Shown here: in pieces, positions 58,494 to 64,000 of the stretch
Numbering within the stretch: position 1 is the first letter of the stretch
How the letters are laid out: the number at the start of each line of letters is the position of its first letter
DNA from: a virus
Lineage: Duplodnaviria > Caudoviricetes
Virus record (IMG/VR): IMGVR_UViG_3300033066_001295
Span: 32,001 to 96,000 of that record
Reading direction: 5' to 3' (one strand)
DNA: 64,000 nt
The notes under the pieces: generated by a model
The model's input: the letters and a program-made list of their open reading frames with translations, nothing else
Databases searched by the model: none
What the model was told of the DNA's origin: nothing
Program-made: the position numbers and the translations under genes

Positions 58494-60599
58494 ATGATCA
58501 TCTACAGAGGAGTAAGTGCACATCAAAGACCAGCACCGGGGTGGTTCTATCATCCTGATATTGAGTTTGCACGTCAATTCACTCAGAGCGGTCAATTCAA
58601 TGAGATACTGAAAGCTGAACTTCAGGATGATGCAATCTATTACCATGACCCACTTCCTTACGGTGGTGACCCTGATGAAGTTGATGGTGTTATCGAGTTG
58701 GCCAAAGCTGCTGGCAAGTATGCTGTAGCTTGTGACGAAGGCGGCGGATATGAGCCTTCCATACTGGTGTTGAAGTCAGCACTGGCAAAGCGTGTGATGA
58801 GGTTGCTTGGTAGATGCACAGAGATGGACGAATCAACAAGCCTAGTTGAGGTCCACTATAGTGATGCCTTCCCAAAAGCATTCAATGAGTTTTATGCCAA
58901 ATGGAAGGGCAAGAAGTCCGATCCTAACCTCTATGTCAGGTTTGACAATGGCAACACCACAGATTCTCTATCCAGAGGTGCTAGCAGCAATCCAAGCCAC
59001 AGTGATCCAATTGGAACTTACGCTTACCCTTTGAAGTATGTTATCGACCATCCCGGAGACATCTGGTACGGACATAACAGCAAGTTCATCAAGGTTATCA
59101 GGAACAAAGCCAAGAACAAGCTGCTTCTCAGCAGTCTTGAATGGTGGAGAATGAAAAACCTGTTTTTCAGGTCAAGCATCAAAAATGACTTGGAACAGGC
59201 AGCCACATACTACCCTGACAGGGCTAAGGGTGTAACTGGTCCGGGAAAGATATTCATGTCAGCGGTTCAGATGAACTTCGATGACGCTGACCCACCAAGA
59301 AGCAAAAGAAAAGATGGCTACAAAGCTCCGGTGATACGGAGCAGTGAGGACCAGACAAGACGTATTTTGAGCCTTGGCATTGATGCTCTTGAGGATAGGG
59401 CCTCACGCTTGTCCCAAGCATCCATCAACGACCGTGAGCCTGAACAGATTGTGTGGCTCAGGCCGACTTCATTTGAAATACTTGATACATTCAGGCTGTC
59501 AGACCCCAAAACTCACCGGTCACAAGTCATTCTCGATGCTGACAGGATAAAGAGAAAAATAGCCGCCTTGGTAGCAGGTATCATGGGTGATGGTTTGAAG
59601 GACCATGAGAAGAACAGCAATGACTATTGGACCACGAAGGAGCGTAGGATAAACATCGAGCACTACGACTCGTCCCTTCAATGGCGAATGCAGAACCTGA
59701 AGATGGGGCAGAAGAAGCACAAGATGTTCAAGAAGTCGGAAAAAACCGGCTTCAAGGTCAACATTGACAGTGAGAGAGGCAAGTTTGCCTTCACCGTTTT
59801 CTCAGATGATAAAATCAAGCCAGCCCTTGGAGTATTTGCCATTAACTGGAAAAACTCCCCGGAGCAAGACTCTGGGGAATGCTACTCATTGGCAAGACAG
59901 AAAGCGGAGGAGAAAGCAGAACGTGATGCTAGGTGGGCCGAAGAAAGGATAAAAGAGGATCAGCGAATTATTGAGATATGGCCAAGCCAGATAATGGGTA
60001 GGTACAACATGCTGGCTAAAAGGTTGAATTTGCCGTTGATCCCGCCTAATCTTGACAATGACACTATCACCACCACTTACAGGGGAATGCTATCAAAAGA
60101 CTTTGATGATGTCTTAACCGGAGGTAGAGCTTACCTGCCAGCCCTTAAAGGTTATGAAGAGCTTGTTAAGGTAGCTGCCACGGGTGGTGGAAGACCAGCC
60201 AGAATACCACAGCACTTGATGAATGACGTGAACAACATTTTGACAAGGGACGTGAACGAATCAGAACAAGTTTGCAGAGCGGTCGATCTTGACGGGACAC
60301 TGGCTCATTATGACGGCTGGAAAGGCGAGCACCACATAGGCGAGCCTGTACCCAAGATGCTCGATAACGTGAAGACGTGGCTGAAGCAGGGCGACAGGGT
60401 TGTCATCTTCACCGCCAGAGCAAAGACGGATTCAGCCAAGAGCCATATCAAAAAGTGGTTGTCGAAGCATGGTCTCCCAGAGCTTGAGATAACTAACGTG
60501 AAGACACCAAAAATGGACTTCTTCTATGATGACAAGGCTGTTGGGATTGCTGCCAACACTGGCCTGCCTTCACTTAGCTTTGTCAAAATGTTTGAATGA
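58494..60599 (+). CDS. Multidomain protein: ART-like N-terminal domain(s) and C-terminal HAD phosphatase, ending FVKMFE
   Basis: IYRG...GWFY...FARQF; YVRF...PIGTYAYPL...EPEQ; AVDLDGTLA, IFTAR, TNVK, YDDKAV. Confidence 0.7.
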   Translation: MIIYRGVSAHQRPAPGWFYHPDIEFARQFTQSGQFNEILKAELQDDAIYYHDPLPYGGDPDEVDGVIELAKAAGKYAVACDEGGGYEPSILVLKSALAKRVMRLLGRCTEMDESTSLVEVHYSDAFPKAFNEFYAKWKGKKSDPNLYVRFDNGNTTDSLSRGASSNPSHSDPIGTYAYPLKYVIDHPGDIWYGHNSKFIKVIRNKAKNKLLLSSLEWWRMKNLFFRSSIKNDLEQAATYYPDRAKGVTGPGKIFMSAVQMNFDDADPPRSKRKDGYKAPVIRSSEDQTRRILSLGIDALEDRASRLSQASINDREPEQIVWLRPTSFEILDTFRLSDPKTHRSQVILDADRIKRKIAALVAGIMGDGLKDHEKNSNDYWTTKERRINIEHYDSSLQWRMQNLKMGQKKHKMFKKSEKTGFKVNIDSERGKFAFTVFSDDKIKPALGVFAINWKNSPEQDSGECYSLARQKAEEKAERDARWAEERIKEDQRIIEIWPSQIMGRYNMLAKRLNLPLIPPNLDNDTITTTYRGMLSKDFDDVLTGGRAYLPALKGYEELVKVAATGGGRPARIPQHLMNDVNNILTRDVNESEQVCRAVDLDGTLAHYDGWKGEHHIGEPVPKMLDNVKTWLKQGDRVVIFTARAKTDSAKSHIKKWLSKHGLPELEITNVKTPKMDFFYDDKAVGIAANTGLPSLSFVKMFE

Positions 60600-60778
60600 A
60601 CCCTGAACGCAGATACTACGCTGTCAGCAAACAAGGCTGGGACCTAAACTGGCACGCTCATTTCCGTTTTGAAGACGGTCGGGAGTCATGGGACCTCATA
60701 ACAAAAGAGGAGGCCCTGAAGATAGCTGAGGAGCTTGATGCTAAGCTGATGGAGAGTCCCCTTCACCGGAAGGGCTGA
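60596..60778 (+). CDS. Small hypothetical protein
   Basis: ATGA-coupled ORF. Confidence 0.5.
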   Translation: MNPERRYYAVSKQGWDLNWHAHFRFEDGRESWDLITKEEALKIAEELDAKLMESPLHRKG

Positions 60779-63309
60779 GTTCAGCCAAGATGCTGCCAGT
60801 GTCGAGCCAGTGCTGAAGATGCTTGACCAGCCTGCGGACCTGCTTCTCGTTCAGGTGCATCCGGGTGTGTAACAGAACCTCCTTCGGAAGTGGGTATGGC
60901 ACCCACCCTGTAGGCTGTCCGTTGAGAAACTCGGTCCCTTCCGGCAACTTCATTCCTAGCTTGAGAGCCTCGCGTCCAAGGATTTCTGGTTTACCGTCAT
61001 CTATGCCAAGCCATATCCAGCCAAGAGGATCGTCCACGCTGCCGTCTGCATTCTCACAGACAGCCCTTGAGCTTTCCTGAATGGAGCACGGAAGATTGTA
61101 CTCATCCTCGAAGTTGACGATCTCAAAACCCCTGTTTGTTCTGCCTTGCGGCCAGTCTTTTTCTTGCTTCATAGACAGTTAATCAAAACGTCATTGTTGT
61201 ACTTGTCTTTGTATCGTCGTGACATTTCAAAGGTGTCAGCCTTGAACCTATCTGCCAATAGCTGGCGGAGTTCGATGCCATTCCAGTCTTTAGGGATGCG
61301 ACCAGACTTAATGTCACTGAGAACCTTGTCACGCAAAGACCTTGTCAGATCACGTACAAATCTCTGTTTTTCTGTTTTTGTCATGGTTATTCTCCGTTCG
61401 TGATTTTGATAAAACGTGGGCAGGATATTTCAAACTCTGCATTTTCTGCATTGCTCTGGTCGATCATGCTTTGCACCACTTTCATCACCCTTTCCTCAGT
61501 AACAACTGAGCCGGGTTTGTAGTCGATGTTAACACGCTCTTTGACCCCTGCTCCTGTGAGGCCAAGTCCAGCGTTACGCATGAGGTTGGACAGTTGTCGC
61601 TTTCCTCGCACCCACTCAACCGTTGCGACGGGGTGTTTCAATTTTTCTTCTGACATGCGTTTGCTTTCATGTGGGCTAAAATTTTCCTTGCTTGGTAGTA
61701 ACTATGGCACCAAGCAATAGACATAAGCACCCAGCCTATTGCTACATAGTTTCTTGTGATTACCATAGCTACAATGGCTAAACTTGTTGGGATAAGGTTA
61801 AGTAGGAACATCCGCTGTATCAGCTTTAGCTCAGCAGCCAGAGGCCCTAACTCAGGATTTTCATCCAGCAATTTTTCAAGGCTTGTCACAGATGCATATA
61901 GGTTGTCCTTCACCTCATCATTTGCTTCAGATTTGGTTATATGCCATTTCCACTTGGTAATGACCTCCTTAGCCTTGTCATGTGGTAGGGAGGCAACTGC
62001 TTGAAAGTTTCTTTTCAAGACTCTCAGTTGATGCCAGAGAACCAGACGTTGATAGCAGTAGTTGAAAAAATTGGTCACTCTGGTCATGGTATTCTCTTCA
62101 GGGTAAAGTTCAGTTCTCCGATCTCAAAGTTCAACTTGGCCATGAGCTTCCACCTTTCGGCTTGCTCATAGAGGGGGGAGGCCGGAATTGAGCCTCCTCC
62201 TTTGCTCGTCTCAGTAAAAATTGAACTCCAGTAATCCAGTTCTACCTGAAGAACAGTTTTCTTGAGCATGAGGTTGCGAAGCCTACGCTTGACCCTGTTT
62301 CGTTTTGAGAAGTACCTAAACATATCACTTGTCTGGGTAAGTTTTTCTCACACAGCCGTAGTCTTCCCTGAGTATATGATATTTGCCGTGAGTAACACAA
62401 AATGCTGGTAGGTCTTTGGGATCAAGTCTTGGAAGACCGGCCTCTTCCCTCACCAAATTCCAGATGAAAAGTGCATTTGGGTTAGCCCCAGTATCAGTAA
62501 CGGTCCTGAAGTGGTCTTTTTCCACCTTTTGAATGAATTCTACTATACTCATTGTTTTATTGGTTTCCCGTCGTTCAGACGTTGAGAGAGGGTTTTGTTT
62601 CGCTTGGTAAGCCTCTTTCCCACCACAGGCACGTTATACCTGTGCTTCCAAGCAAGATCACGCTCAGTTTCCACCTCTTTGGGTGTTAACTCACGAACAC
62701 GGTTTATCAGTTGAGTGCGAAAACGTCTCACTTTTTTGCTGACGCCACGATAGACAACAAAGATGCCATTATCACCCGGATCATAACGGTTGAGGCTTTC
62801 TGCTGAAATGCTCTTTGGGCCGTTGGAAATTCCGAGAGACAAGCCACCGTGGGCATCGAGGTCAAAGAATTCACCAAGGCTGGTGCAGGCAACGGCTCTG
62901 GCTCGTCTGTCGTGTAGTCATACATCTCCTTTCGCCGTCGCCTGACCAGCAGCGTTAGCCTCAATAAATTCCAGCGTTGACGCCATTCCGACCTTCACAT
63001 CTCCCCCGCGCTCGATGTCCGCTAAGTATCGGATACCAGCCGCGCCTTTGGTGTAGTCGTCCACGCATTCGCGCACGTTTAGGCATTTGCCTTTTATTTC
63101 TGAGTAGTCGTTCGCGGATGTCGCTTTGACCGTCTTTCCAATATACTGATCGTAGTCGTGTAGTCGTTTCATAAATCAAAAGTGGTTTCGGCGGATTTGC
63201 CGGTTGTGTCGATGTAGTCAGCGAAGAGTTCGTTCAGGCTTCTGTCGAGAGCGACATGACGCTGGCGATGTTCTTCGGTGCTTGCTGGGTTTGCGGTTTG
63301 GTTTGGCAT
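60741..63309 (-). other. Minus-strand early array (60741-61172, 61169-61384, 61387-61656, 61638-62087 with TMs, 62084-62323, 62325-62552, 62549-62842, 62918-63172, 63169-63309)
   Basis: Coupled small ORFs downstream of an early promoter. Confidence 0.6.
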
Positions 63310-63318
63310 AAGGCTTAT

Positions 63319-63346
63319 ACTATATCGAAAGTCGGTTACTTGTCAA
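63319..63346 (-). promoter_or_regulatory. Early promoter TTGACA-N16-TATAGT with CCGACTTT spacer
   Basis: Reverse complement reads ttgaca agtaaccgactttcga tatagt. Confidence 0.8.
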
Positions 63347-64000
63347 TTGGAAGCTTCACTGTTTTGTTAGTTCCGGGCTTCCATCCAAAGCACATGTCAA
63401 TTATGTTTTGCATGTCACCTTCATTGATGGCTGATAGCATTCTCGTCCCGAGTCTGCCCTTGGCGTAAAACTTGATTTTGGAAAGGCGATTACCAAACTC
63501 CTTCGTAAGGTCTGGAGTATCCAATAGAGGGATAGGTGGTCCGAACTTGAGATCACCGAGAGTGTCCACGGGTGAAAAAGTCATTTCTGGCTGACTTCAC
63601 AGCCAACTCTTCCTTGCCTCCCAAGCTCTTTGTCAGCTTGAAGAAGACCACTTCAGCAGGGCAGGTGACAACACCATTCTTGCCTGAGTATCGCACCCAG
63701 TACCAGCCTTCAGTTTTAGGCGTCTTCTTGGACCACTTCATGCGGCGGCAGCGACTGGTTGCTTTGCTTCGACACGGATCACGTTGTAGGTGTAGATTTC
63801 CCACTTGGACCACACCAGCTTGCCGTCCTCATCCTCATCGTTGGCGACATAAGCAACCGTTTTGCTGAGCTTGGCAGGACGCGTACCTTGGCCGGGTCCA
63901 TCACCGCAGTAGAGCGTGTGTGTGGCACCACGATCAGCAGCCCAGTCATTAGGGGGACCGTCGAAGAATGTGTGGTACTTTTTGAATTCCTTCTCACGAA

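Noticed and set aside
1-64000. CRISPR array, tRNA genes, reverse transcriptase/retron/DGR
   Set aside because: No regularly spaced repeats, tRNA T-arm signatures or RT motifs were recognised by eye. The 225-bp repeat is exact, with no adenine-specific variation.
1-64000. Stop-codon reassignment
   Set aside because: Conserved genes (sheath, tube, rIIA/B, LemA) are intact in the standard code, and TAA, TAG and TGA all serve as stops.

Overview
This is a 64-kb segment of a large T4-related (Myoviridae-like, probably jumbo) dsDNA phage genome in the standard genetic code. No tRNA, rRNA or CRISPR array was seen. 1-15.8 kb (minus strand) is a morphogenesis block: tail sheath, tail tube, about a dozen unknown head-associated proteins, a fused prohead protease/scaffold and the major capsid protein, which runs off the left edge. 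17.8-53 kb is mostly plus-strand early/accessory genes driven by a repeated TTGACA-N16-TA(T)(A/T)(G/T)T promoter with little or no leader. These include rIIA/rIIB, a J-domain pseudokinase + vWA + divergent adenylosuccinate-synthetase module, 5'-3' exonuclease, HD hydrolase, macro domain, phosphatase, HNH nucleases, LemA/TPM, a methyltransferase and SLOG. A minus-strand tail-fibre cassette lies at 32-36 kb. The most striking pattern is a dispersed set of otherwise unrelated proteins that share a terminal F-x-x-(L/M)-F-E peptide and sit behind a TAnnTA late-type promoter. They include an inorganic pyrophosphatase, a kinase, ART-like/HAD and PcfJ-like multidomain proteins, a paralogue pair and, in variant form, a 2H phosphoesterase. 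They carry prohead-protease-type hydrophobic-x-E sites at their domain boundaries. This suggests a portable capsid-targeting tag for virion-delivered effectors. A Verrucomicrobiota-like host is tentatively inferred. All family calls come from motif recognition by eye, not database searches.
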